A DNA stretch of 64,000 nucleotides from Candidatus Omnitrophota bacterium (GTDB lineage Bacteria > Omnitrophota > Gorgyraeia > Zapsychrales > Zapsychraceae): positions 153,778 to 217,777 of the forward strand of contig JAJDCA010000071.1 in NCBI GenBank assembly GCA_029261055.1, in the 5' to 3' direction. A program made the position numbers and the translations under genes. A model generated the notes under the pieces. It was not told where the DNA came from. It worked only from the letters and a program-made list of their open reading frames with translations, and searched no databases. Below, piece by piece: positions 1 to 9,200 of this stretch (position 1 is the first letter of the stretch; every line of letters begins with the position of its first letter).

Positions 1-490
1 GCGCGCCCATGAGTTAGGCATGTTCACGATTCTTTGGTGTTATCTACGTAATCCTGGGTTTAAGAAGGGTGGAACAGATTATCATGCCGCGGCTGATCTG
101 ACTGGTCAGGCTAATCATTTAGGGGTTACCATTCAGGCAGATATTATCAAACAAAAACTTCCGGAAAATAATGGTGGATTTAATGCCTTAAAGTTTGCAA
201 AAACACATAAATCTGTTTACGACAAGCTTTCTTCTGATCATCCTATTGATTTATGCCGATACCAAGTAGCTAATTGTTATATGGGTAAAATTGGTCTTAT
301 CAATTCCGGTGGAGCTTCAGGCGATAATGATATGCAAGATGCTGTTAAAACAGCCGTTGTCAACAAGCGTGCAGGAGGGATGGGTTTGATTTCCGGCCGT
401 AAAGCGTTCCAAAAACCTGTCGATGAAGGAGTTAAACTCCTTAATGTTATTCAGGATGTGTATCTTTCTGATGAAGTAACGATTGCATAA
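1..490 (+). CDS. Class I fructose-bisphosphate aldolase (DhnA/FbaB-type), C-terminal part; the 5' end lies outside the window
   Basis: Translation (…[10 protein letters not shown]…[12 protein letters not shown]…) resembles the C-terminal region of DhnA-type class I aldolases. The ORF runs to the window edge. A hairpin terminator follows. Confidence 0.6.
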   Translation, partial: RAHELGMFTILWCYLRNPGFKKGGTDYHAAADLTGQANHLGVTIQADIIKQKLPENNGGFNALKFAKTHKSVYDKLSSDHPIDLCRYQVANCYMGKIGLINSGGASGDNDMQDAVKTAVVNKRAGGMGLISGRKAFQKPVDEGVKLLNVIQDVYLSDEVTIA

Positions 491-512
491 GGTTTTTTAA
501 AAATATTATTAA

Positions 513-553
513 AAAGGGCAATTTAATACAATTTGTATTAAATTGCCCTTTTT
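513..553 (+). terminator. Rho-independent terminator (perfect inverted repeat agggcaatttaatacaa/ttgtattaaattgccct followed by a T-run)
   Basis: A 17-bp perfect inverted repeat followed by TTTTT, directly after the aldolase stop codon. Confidence 0.7.
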
Positions 554-606
554 AATGTCGGCCGTAATGATTGACAAATTTAAGAGAGTATGATACATTT
601 TGCCTT

Positions 607-1563
607 ATGATTAAAAGATGTATAATAGTATTATTTTTATCCATATTTTCTTTATCAATTGCAAAAAATAGCTTCGCATTTTGGGTTTGGACACCGGAAA
701 CAAATAAATGGACCAACCCTAAATATTCCGTTAAAGAAACTCCCGCCGAACAACTTGAATATGCACAAGAATTTTATCAAGCCAAAGAATATAAAGAAGC
801 GATTCGGGAATATCGAAAATTATTGAAGCATTATCCTCGTGCGCGTCAGGCTCCTGATGCGCAGTATTTTATCGGACGTTGTTTTGAAAATCAGGAGCAG
901 CATTACGGTGCCTTTAAACAATATCAATTAGTGATAGATAAGTATCCATTTAGTGAACGCTCGGCAGAGATTGTAAAAAGACAGTATGATATTGGCGTGA
1001 AATTTTTAGAAGGAAAGACATCGCGCAGTAAGTTGATGGAAGCTATATCGGATGAAGATTATGACGTGGTTAACGTATTTAATGCGGTAATTAAGAATGC
1101 TCCTTATGGAGATTTAGCTGGTCCGGCGCAGTATAAAATTGGTTTGTATTTTTTAGAAAAGCAGTTGTATCAAGATGCCAGGGATGAGTTTGAAAAGGTG
1201 ATTAATGATTATCCGGATAGTGAATGGTCTAAGGCGGCAAAATATCAAATTGCTATGTCTGATTCTAAACGTTCTGCGGGCGCTCAGTATGATCAAAAAA
1301 TTACAGAATCAGCTGTAGAAGAATTTAAAGAATTTGTGGAGGTTTATCCGGAGGCGGAATTGTCTAAAGAGGCTAAAACACAAATTCAAGAATTGAAGGA
1401 AAAAGAAGCAGAAAATAATGTATTAGTTGCTAGATTTTATGAAAAACAAAAGAATTTTAAGGCAGCTAAGATGTATTATCAGACTATTGTTGATGAATAC
1501 CCAAGTTCAAAGTGGGCTTCTGAATCATTGAAGAAAATTCGTGACTTAGGAAAACAAAACTAA
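607..1563 (+). CDS. Secreted TPR-repeat protein, BamD/YfiO-like outer-membrane assembly factor candidate
   Basis: N-terminal signal peptide (MIKRCIIVLFLSIFSLSIAKNSFA). Multiple TPR-like Y/F-rich repeats and a K/E-rich C-terminus. The upstream ATG at 571 overlaps a TTGACA..TATGAT promoter-like sequence, so 607 is the preferred start. Confidence 0.45.
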   Translation: MIKRCIIVLFLSIFSLSIAKNSFAFWVWTPETNKWTNPKYSVKETPAEQLEYAQEFYQAKEYKEAIREYRKLLKHYPRARQAPDAQYFIGRCFENQEQHYGAFKQYQLVIDKYPFSERSAEIVKRQYDIGVKFLEGKTSRSKLMEAISDEDYDVVNVFNAVIKNAPYGDLAGPAQYKIGLYFLEKQLYQDARDEFEKVINDYPDSEWSKAAKYQIAMSDSKRSAGAQYDQKITESAVEEFKEFVEVYPEAELSKEAKTQIQELKEKEAENNVLVARFYEKQKNFKAAKMYYQTIVDEYPSSKWASESLKKIRDLGKQN

Positions 1564-1579
1564 GAGGTTAAAATACATA

Positions 1580-2116
1580 ATGCGTAAATTTATTTTTTTA
1601 TCTATTTTTTTAACAATTTTTTCCATAAGTTGCGGTTATTCTACACGGTCGACACTTCCAGCGAATATTAGAACTATTTATGTCGAACCTTTTAAAAATA
1701 ATATTGACTACACGGCATCAAGCGGGCGCAGGGTTTATTTTTCTTTATTGGAAGTTAATTCAAGGAATGCGGTGATTGATCGATTTTTGTTTGATGGTCG
1801 TTTGAAAATTGCTAAACCTGACGAAGCAGATTACATCCTTAAAGGGAATCTTGTGGGGTATGAAAGAAGTCCGTTAAGGTATACAGATAGCGATGATGTG
1901 GAAGAATATCGGGTGCATGTTAGTGTATCCTTTGAATTATTAAATCCTTACGCAGAGGAAGAGGGAGAGGAGGTTCTTTGGGCCGAACCTAGTTTTGTCG
2001 GAGAGGCTACCTATTTTGTAACAGGACCTTTAGCTTCATCTGAAGAAACAGCTGTGGATGAGGCTATTATTGATTTGGCGCGTCGTATTGTTGAACGGAC
2101 GATTGAGGATTGGTAA
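1580..2116 (+). CDS. lptE: LptE-like LPS-assembly lipoprotein
   Basis: Lipoprotein signal with a Cys lipobox (FSISCGY). The 'RTIYVEPFKN' motif is typical of LptE. The lptE-holA gene order matches the proteobacterial leuS-lptE-holA arrangement. Confidence 0.5.
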   Translation: MRKFIFLSIFLTIFSISCGYSTRSTLPANIRTIYVEPFKNNIDYTASSGRRVYFSLLEVNSRNAVIDRFLFDGRLKIAKPDEADYILKGNLVGYERSPLRYTDSDDVEEYRVHVSVSFELLNPYAEEEGEEVLWAEPSFVGEATYFVTGPLASSEETAVDEAIIDLARRIVERTIEDW

Positions 2117-2760
2117 TGGTGTACCTCCTTTGCGGTGAGGATAGTGGTGCGAAAGACCGGAAAATTACAGAAATTAAGAAAAAGTATATTTCAAGCAATG
2201 AAGCCTTGGAATTTGATTATGAGGCTTTTTATGGACAAAAATTAGACCCTGCTGAATTAAAAAAATCTCTTATTGCCCTTCCCGCTGTTGCCAAACAAAG
2301 GCTCATTCTTATTCGTTCTGTCCACAAATTAAATCCTCAAAATAAAGAAATTATTTTTCAATTTATTCAGAAAAAAGAAAAATTATCGGTATTGATTTTA
2401 GATTCTGAAAAAATTGATGCAAAGGATAGTTTTACAAAAAAAATAACTCCGTTCGTTCAGTTGCTGCGTTTCTCAACGGAATCCCAGAAAAATGTTTTTG
2501 ATATGACAAGAGCCATGTCTTCTGGGAAAGGAGAGCAGGCCCTTAAAATATTAGAGGGTTTGATATCTTCCGGAACGCATCCTTTGCAGCTTATGGGTGG
2601 GTTAGTTTGGTTTTGGGGAAAGTCTCGGAATCGGTTATCGGAAGAGCGTTATCGCAATGGTCTTTTAGCTCTTGAAGAAGCAGATCTAAACATTAAACGA
2701 AGTCGTTTAAATCCTATTCATGCTTTGGAAATTTTGGTAGTTAAATTAATGAACATTTAG
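2110..2760 (+). CDS. holA: DNA polymerase III delta subunit-like (short form, 216 aa)
   Basis: The start overlaps the lptE stop. N-terminal 'LLCGEDSGAKDRK' and its position after lptE fit holA. It is shorter than the canonical ~330 aa. Confidence 0.4.
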   Translation: MVMVYLLCGEDSGAKDRKITEIKKKYISSNEALEFDYEAFYGQKLDPAELKKSLIALPAVAKQRLILIRSVHKLNPQNKEIIFQFIQKKEKLSVLILDSEKIDAKDSFTKKITPFVQLLRFSTESQKNVFDMTRAMSSGKGEQALKILEGLISSGTHPLQLMGGLVWFWGKSRNRLSEERYRNGLLALEEADLNIKRSRLNPIHALEILVVKLMNI

Positions 2761-2816
2761 GATGGAATTGAAGGGGTGCTGAGGTAAATGATAAGAATTT
2801 TTCTAATTAAGAATTA

Positions 2817-3089
2817 CTACTTATCACTTACCACAGTATTTAATAATTTACTAAATCGAGATTTTCGTCGTGAAGCAGTATTGTCATGTAGGATATTGCG
2901 TTTAGCGGCTTTATCCAATTTCTTTTGAACTAATTTTAGATTAGCTTGAGCATCTGAGGTGTTTTTATCGTTGACGCTGGTAAGAAATTGTTTGATTGTT
3001 TTCTTGAGGTCAGTTTTGATATCAAGATTATGCATCCGACGTTTTCTAGTTTTTCTTAATTCTTTAATTCCTGACTTTCTTTGCGGCAC
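2817..3089 (-). CDS. rpsT: 30S ribosomal protein S20
   Basis: 90-aa basic protein: MPQRKSGIKELRKTRKRRMHNLDIKTDLKKTIK… This matches the bS20 N-terminal pattern (KSAxKRxRxxEKRRxxN). It is divergent to murJ, which is a common arrangement. Confidence 0.8.
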   Translation of the reverse strand: MPQRKSGIKELRKTRKRRMHNLDIKTDLKKTIKQFLTSVNDKNTSDAQANLKLVQKKLDKAAKRNILHDNTASRRKSRFSKLLNTVVSDK

Positions 3090-3144
3090 AGTGCTGCTCC
3101 TTTCGTTAATTTAAGAAACGTCAATATATCAAATAGGTTCATTT

Positions 3145-4731
3145 ATGTCAACCAATAAATTTTCCCCCCGGGCTATTATTAAATCAACGTCTGTTTTATC
3201 TTTAGGGACCTTAAGTTCGCGTATTTTGGGGTTTTTACGAGATATTATTTTAGCAAAATTATTAGGAACTGGGATTAAAGCGGATGCTTTTTTTGTGGCC
3301 TTTAAAATTCCTAATTTATTTAGGGATTTTGTTGGGGAAGGGGCTACAAATGCAGCGGTTGTGCCTGTTTTTTCAGAATATTATGCCAAAAAAGATAAAG
3401 AGGACTTTTGGAACTTTGTGAGTGTTGTTCTTTCTTTAGCTTTTATTGTCCTTAGCGTAATTACTCTTTTGGGCATTGTTTTTGCACCTCTTATTGTTCG
3501 TATGATTGCACCGGGTTTTATGGCAGATCCGGAAAAACTTTTATTGACTATTCAGTTAACGAAATGGATGTTTCCGTATCTTATTTTTATTGGTTTGACG
3601 GCCTACAGTATGGGGATTCTTTACACTTTTCGATCGTTTGCGGTGCCGGCATTTAGTCCATGTTTGCTTAATATTGCCATTATTATTAGCGCGTTTATTT
3701 CTTCAAGAACGATGGTGGAGCCCGTATTTGGTCTGGCTGTGGGTGTTCTTGTAGGGGGGCTATTGCAGCTTATGATTCAATTAGTCCCATTAAAGAAATT
3801 AGGTATGCGATATCGAAAGCCTAAGACATTACGCCATCCCGGGGCAAAAAAGATTGGTCGATTGCTGTTGCCGAGAATGTTTGGAAGTGGGGTTTATCAG
3901 CTAACGGTGCTGATTGATACGTTTTGTGCTTCTTTATCTTTTGTTGTCGGGCAAGGTGGAATTTCTGCAATTTATTATGCAAATCGACTCATTCAGTTTC
4001 CTATGGGGGTTTTTGGCGTTGCTTTAGCTAATGTAGTGTTGCCGACACTTTCCGATTTTGCCCACAAAAAAGATATGGATTCTATGAAAAAAACAATTGT
4101 TTTTTCTTTGGAAAATATCTTTTTTGTGATGTGTCCTTTTATTGTTATATTTGCACTTTTATCGACGCCTATCATTCGGGTGCTTTTTCAGCGTGGGGAA
4201 TTTAATGCTTATTCTACCGATATTACGTCCTGGGCGCTTACGTTTTATGGTTTGGGATTATTTAGTTTTGGCGGGATTAAGATTTTGGTGACGGCATTTC
4301 ATGCTCTTCAGGATACGAAGACACCTGTTAAAGTGGCTATTTTTTGTTTGGTTGTGAACGCAGTTTTGAATTTTGTTTTAATGGGTCCGCTTAAAATCGG
4401 CGGCATTGCGTTGGCCAGTGCCATAGCGGGGACTGTTGATTTTTTGATACTTTTTTATTTTCTTGAAAAAAAGCTTGGTAAGTTTAATGGCCAATTAAAA
4501 ATGTATTTCTTAAAGGTGATTTTGGCTGCAGCCCTTACCGGGGTTGGGATGTTTACTTTTTGGCGATATTGTTTTATTTCCAATGAAATCATTAAGTTAT
4601 GTTTTGCAATCATAAGCGGATTTTTATTTTACGGGTATGTCTGTTATGTATTCAAAGTTATGCAAGCTCAAAAGGTTTGGAAGTGGTTAAGAGATTGTCC
4701 CAAAACAGCTTGGACAACTCCCAAGAAGTAG
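3145..4731 (+). CDS. murJ: Lipid II flippase MurJ (MviN)
   Basis: 528-aa polytopic membrane protein. The N-terminus 'SRILGFLRDIILAKLLGTGIKADAFFVAFKIPNLFR' is a hallmark of the MurJ family. Confidence 0.85.
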   Translation: MSTNKFSPRAIIKSTSVLSLGTLSSRILGFLRDIILAKLLGTGIKADAFFVAFKIPNLFRDFVGEGATNAAVVPVFSEYYAKKDKEDFWNFVSVVLSLAFIVLSVITLLGIVFAPLIVRMIAPGFMADPEKLLLTIQLTKWMFPYLIFIGLTAYSMGILYTFRSFAVPAFSPCLLNIAIIISAFISSRTMVEPVFGLAVGVLVGGLLQLMIQLVPLKKLGMRYRKPKTLRHPGAKKIGRLLLPRMFGSGVYQLTVLIDTFCASLSFVVGQGGISAIYYANRLIQFPMGVFGVALANVVLPTLSDFAHKKDMDSMKKTIVFSLENIFFVMCPFIVIFALLSTPIIRVLFQRGEFNAYSTDITSWALTFYGLGLFSFGGIKILVTAFHALQDTKTPVKVAIFCLVVNAVLNFVLMGPLKIGGIALASAIAGTVDFLILFYFLEKKLGKFNGQLKMYFLKVILAAALTGVGMFTFWRYCFISNEIIKLCFAIISGFLFYGYVCYVFKVMQAQKVWKWLRDCPKTAWTTPKK

Positions 4732-4826
4732 CTTCAGAGTTACGTAAGAAATTTTTTTACATAAAAATTTAAATATTGACAACTAACACGGTGATTTGTT
4801 ATGATAATCACCAAGTTAGTCGTTAA

Positions 4827-5978
4827 TTGGAGGAATTTATGGATATTAAAAGGTGTATCAATCTTCGGGCAACCCTTAATAAAAAATCATTATTTTTATT
4901 TGGCCCCAGGCAGACGGGGAAGTCCTGGTTGATCAATCGTTATTTTAAGGATTGTAGAATTTACGATCTTTTGGATAGTGAAACATATCTTTTATTAAAT
5001 CAAAATCCAAAAAGATTAGAACAAGAAATTCAGCCAGAGGATAAGATTGTTGTTATTGATGAAATACAAAAACTTCCATCTCTTCTTGATGAGGTGCATC
5101 GGCTTATTGAACAGAGGGGGCTTCATTTTTTATTGACCGGATCTAGTGCAAGAAAATTACGCCGGGGTGGTGTCAATTTATTGGGGGGGAGGGCGCGGTC
5201 GCGTCATTTACATCCTTTTATTTTTAACGAACTTAATAATCATTTCAATTTATTAAAAGCTCTTAATTATGGTTTGATTCCTTCTATTTATTTTTCTGAT
5301 GCCCCCCAGGAAGATTTAAAAGCATACGCCGGTGATTATTTAAAAGAAGAAATAGCGACGGAAGGGTTAACTCGTAATGTGCCGGCGTTTAGCCGTTTTT
5401 TACAAGTAGCAGCCTTATGCAACGGATTATTAATCAATTATGCCAGTATTTCTAGTGACGCGCAGGTGCCAAGCAGTACGGTTCAGGAGTATTTTCAAAT
5501 TCTACGCGATACCCTTATTGGGTTTGATGTGCCCGCGTGGAAAAAAAGTATAAAGCGTAAGCCTGTGGGTACCTCAAAATTTTATTTTTTTGATGGAGGC
5601 GTTGTTCGATTTTTACAGAATCGATCCCCCTTTGAAGAAAAATCTCCAGAATTTGGAGATGCCTTTGAAACGTACATAGCGCATGAATTAAAATCTTTTA
5701 TTGATTATTCTCTGTCAGGGGAGCTTTGTTACTGGCGCTCTAGATCAGGTTTTGAAGTTGATTTTATTGTTAATGATATGCTGGCGGTGGAGGTAAAAGC
5801 AAAACAAAATATTACACCCAAAGATATGCGTGGTATTAAAGCTTTACAGGAAGAGCATAAATTATCGCATTATGTTATTGTTTCTTTAGAACAGCGGCCT
5901 CGCATTGTAAATAATATTCACATCCTTCCCTGGAAAGATTTTCTTTTTCAATTATGGGATGGGAAATTTAATAAATAG
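4827..5978 (+). CDS. AAA+ superfamily ATPase (AAA_14 + DUF4143 / COG1373 family)
   Basis: Walker A 'GPRQTGKS' and Walker B 'VVIDEIQ'. The C-terminal region is typical of DUF4143. This is the first of three diverged paralogs in the window. Confidence 0.7.
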   Translation: MEEFMDIKRCINLRATLNKKSLFLFGPRQTGKSWLINRYFKDCRIYDLLDSETYLLLNQNPKRLEQEIQPEDKIVVIDEIQKLPSLLDEVHRLIEQRGLHFLLTGSSARKLRRGGVNLLGGRARSRHLHPFIFNELNNHFNLLKALNYGLIPSIYFSDAPQEDLKAYAGDYLKEEIATEGLTRNVPAFSRFLQVAALCNGLLINYASISSDAQVPSSTVQEYFQILRDTLIGFDVPAWKKSIKRKPVGTSKFYFFDGGVVRFLQNRSPFEEKSPEFGDAFETYIAHELKSFIDYSLSGELCYWRSRSGFEVDFIVNDMLAVEVKAKQNITPKDMRGIKALQEEHKLSHYVIVSLEQRPRIVNNIHILPWKDFLFQLWDGKFNK

Positions 5979-6114
5979 TCAAATTTTAAAAGAATAATAA
6001 CATGTTGATACATAATAGTTTATGTTTTAATGAGTTTTTATTCGTTTATTAGAATTTCTGTAAACTATTAACCATCAGTTGGTTACAATATTCCTACCTG
6101 AAATTTGTGTCCCC

Positions 6115-6166
6115 TTGACATGTGCTTAAAATATGTTATCTTTTCAGTGTATTAGAGAAGAAAACG
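6115..6166 (+). promoter_or_regulatory. Putative sigma70-type promoter (TTGACA-N16-TATCTT) plus a ~38-nt conserved block shared with the 52163..52213 region
   Basis: TTGACA at 6115-6120, 16-nt spacer, TATCTT at 6137-6142. The block aaaatatgttatcttt[t/c]cagt[g/a]tatta..aagaaaacg is nearly identical upstream of the paralogous giant gene at 52327. Confidence 0.55.
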
Positions 6167-6204
6167 ATATCTTGAGTCATTTCGTATAAAAACCTGCCAA
6201 TAAT

Positions 6205-6239
6205 CCTGCCTGTCGGTAGACAGGCTCGCCACGGATTGG
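6205..6239 (+). promoter_or_regulatory. Conserved leader element: hairpin (gcctgtc-ggta-gacaggc) followed by invariant CTCGCCACGGATTGG
   Basis: The same architecture occurs at 52244..52273. The hairpin there has a different stem sequence but the same structure, with the identical 15-nt motif after it. Confidence 0.5.
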
Positions 6240-6267
6240 CCTATTTTTAACTCAATAGAGGAAAAAT

Positions 6268-9200
6268 ATGTTTATTTTACGCCAAAAACAACGGGTGCGT
6301 GTAGCGTACAGAGTGTTATCAGCCTTTATTATGGCCGTATTTTCCGTAACAACAATTATCCCAAGTGGTTATGCACAGAGTGTATCTTTGCCAACGGCAG
6401 GCACGGTTTTAAACCTTCCTGTGCCCGGCACGATGGTGGGCATAACCGAAGGATTTACCCCGGCTCTGATTAAAGGTATTACCATTTATCCGGACAATCC
6501 TTTGATGTTTGATTTTATTGTGGATAGCGGGCATTCTGAGATGACTGGAGAGGCCCTTAAAGATGAGGCGTCTGATATGATTAAATATTTCCTGGCGGCC
6601 TTAACCATTCCGGAAAAGGATTTATGGGTCAACTTGAGCCCGTATGAGGCGGACCGTATTATTCCTGATGGTTTGGGCGACACCTCTATGGGTCGCGATA
6701 TGTTGTCGCAAGATTATATGCTTAAACAACTTACGTCTTCGATGATGTATCCGGAGGATGAGCTGGGTGGTGAATTTTGGGAGCGTGTGTATGATAAGGC
6801 TTATGAAAAATTCGGCAACACCGACATTCCAATGAATACTTTTAACAAAATTTGGATTGTGCCACAGGCGGCTGAAGTCTATGAGCGTGAAAAAAGTGCT
6901 TTTGTAGTGGGCAGCCGTTTAAAGGTTATGTTGGAAGAAGACTATGTCGCTTTGCAGAAAAATTTAGGGGTGGAACAATATGGATTAGATGCGATGCCCA
7001 AGAGCGAGGCCAAGGTTGTCAGTGGTGTCACCTCAGAGGTAGTGCGTGAAGTCTTGATTCCTGAAATCGAACGCGAAATAAACGAAGGCGCCAACTTTGC
7101 CAAACTCCGCCAGATCTACCATGCCATGATTTTGTCTACGTGGTACAAAAAGAGGCTGCAGGAAAGTTTATTGGGACAGGTGTATGTAGATCAAAATAAA
7201 ACCATGGGCGTCGATACTCAGGATAAGCAGATCAACCAAAAAATTTACGATCAATATGTCGAATCTTTTAAAAAAGGCGTGTACAACTACATTAAAGAAG
7301 ATTACAACCCCGCCACCCAACAAATCACCCCCCGCAAATATTTCTCCGGCGGAATGAATCAATCCATGTTGAGCCGTATTTTTAAATTTATGGATAGGCC
7401 GACACGATTTGAGGTAGCACCGACAGGATTTGAGATATCCTACCAAACAAGTCTGATCGATGCCAATAAAGACAATGCGAGTATTGCCGTGCGTGTGAAA
7501 GAAGAGGTTGAATCGCAGGTTGATTTTGTGTTGATGAACTCAGAAAAAGAAATCGTTTCGGATGAGTCGATGCTTCAAGATTTTGATCCGTTTTTTTTGA
7601 TGAGTCTTATAACAAAATGGTCGCCTAAATATGAGGATGATTTAAAGGTATTCCACTTTATAAGGCATTTATATCTTGCCTGGATAGCGACGAAGGGGGA
7701 TCTTGCTAAGGCAACAATGACTTTAACGGAGAAGTCTTCATTTAAAAAATTTATTCAGGATAAAACTTTAGTCAATAAGGCTATTGAAGGGTCGCTTTAT
7801 GTGAATAATCCGAATATTAAAGGTTTGCTAAAAAACATCCGCACAGATATCACCAAGGCTGAAAATAAAATAAAGGCGGTAAGAAGAGAATTTGTTGGGG
7901 TGAATGAAAAAAGTACACAGGAAACGCAGGAGGCGGGGATGATCACGCTTCAGAATGTTCTTTTGAAAAATAAGAGTGCTGGTAAGACAGGGGAGGAGGA
8001 TGTTTTTGGAATAAGCATTAGTCGATTTCCAAGTGATCAATACGGTGAATTCGAGGCAAATTTTATCCAGAAAGATGGAAATACTGTGCAAATAATTGCA
8101 TGGCAAGAAAATAAAATTATTGACGTTGATTACAATCAGACAATGGAAAATTTTTACAAGGATCATAATTTATTTTATCGCAATAATAAAAAAGGGATTC
8201 CAACGGTAATTATTGAGGAAAAGTACGGAAAAAATAGAAAAATTTATAAAATTACACGTGGTGAAGGGCAAGAAGTAATGAAACAAAAGGATTTCAAAGA
8301 GCTTGTTTGGAATGATACGGCGATGGTTACAGATAAAGAAAGTCAGGCCGCTAAGAAGATATTGTTTGATTTTAGAGAAAGTGAAGCTAATAGGATGAAT
8401 ACTGCAAGAATACGAAGAGTCCATGTTCTTATGAATGCAATGAGAATTCGGTATGCCATAGGAAAAGATGAAGGAAGCAGTGTTGTTGGCATATTTTATG
8501 ATATGGAAAAAGCATTCTTGAAAAAGCAATCCAACTTCAAGCACTCAGATGCAATATTATTTTATCATACTGTTTTAGCGTTGGATCTACCAGACGAAGA
8601 ATACGTAACGCTAAAAAATAGTGTGATGCAAAGCTTGTTCCGTTTGGCAGAGAGAATAATGAAGGAAGAGGGGATCGTCATTAGTGTAAAGGAGATTTTA
8701 GCCCAGAAGGAAAAAATAAAAATGGCTATGATAAACGTTTTGCCGCATATGAAGCATTTTAAACATATGGAGTGGGGTGTCTATGATTACATTGATCGGG
8801 TTTTAAGCAGTTCAGATAAGAAATGGGATGAAGTATATTATTACAAGTACAAGGTGGCGATAAGTTTAGGGGAGAGCTATTCCAAGTTAGGGCATTCATT
8901 TGAAGGTGTTTTTGCGAAGATTAAGGGGAAGATAGCTTCTTTTCGGGCCAATGATTATGTAGATGTGTTTAGACAGTTGAATAAAAAATATACCGCGGAT
9001 GCATTGTATCAGGGGTTACCCTACACGGTAGATGGGGTGCGGATTTTTAAATCGAGATTAAAACAATACCGTCAGGATTTCAGATCGGCCATGGATACGC
9101 ACTATAAAAATATTTTTAAACTCGCACTTAAAGGTGAGCTGGAAGACAGTCCTTATGATATTTATGAAAATGAAGGGTCATCATTGCAAAATCAAGCAGG

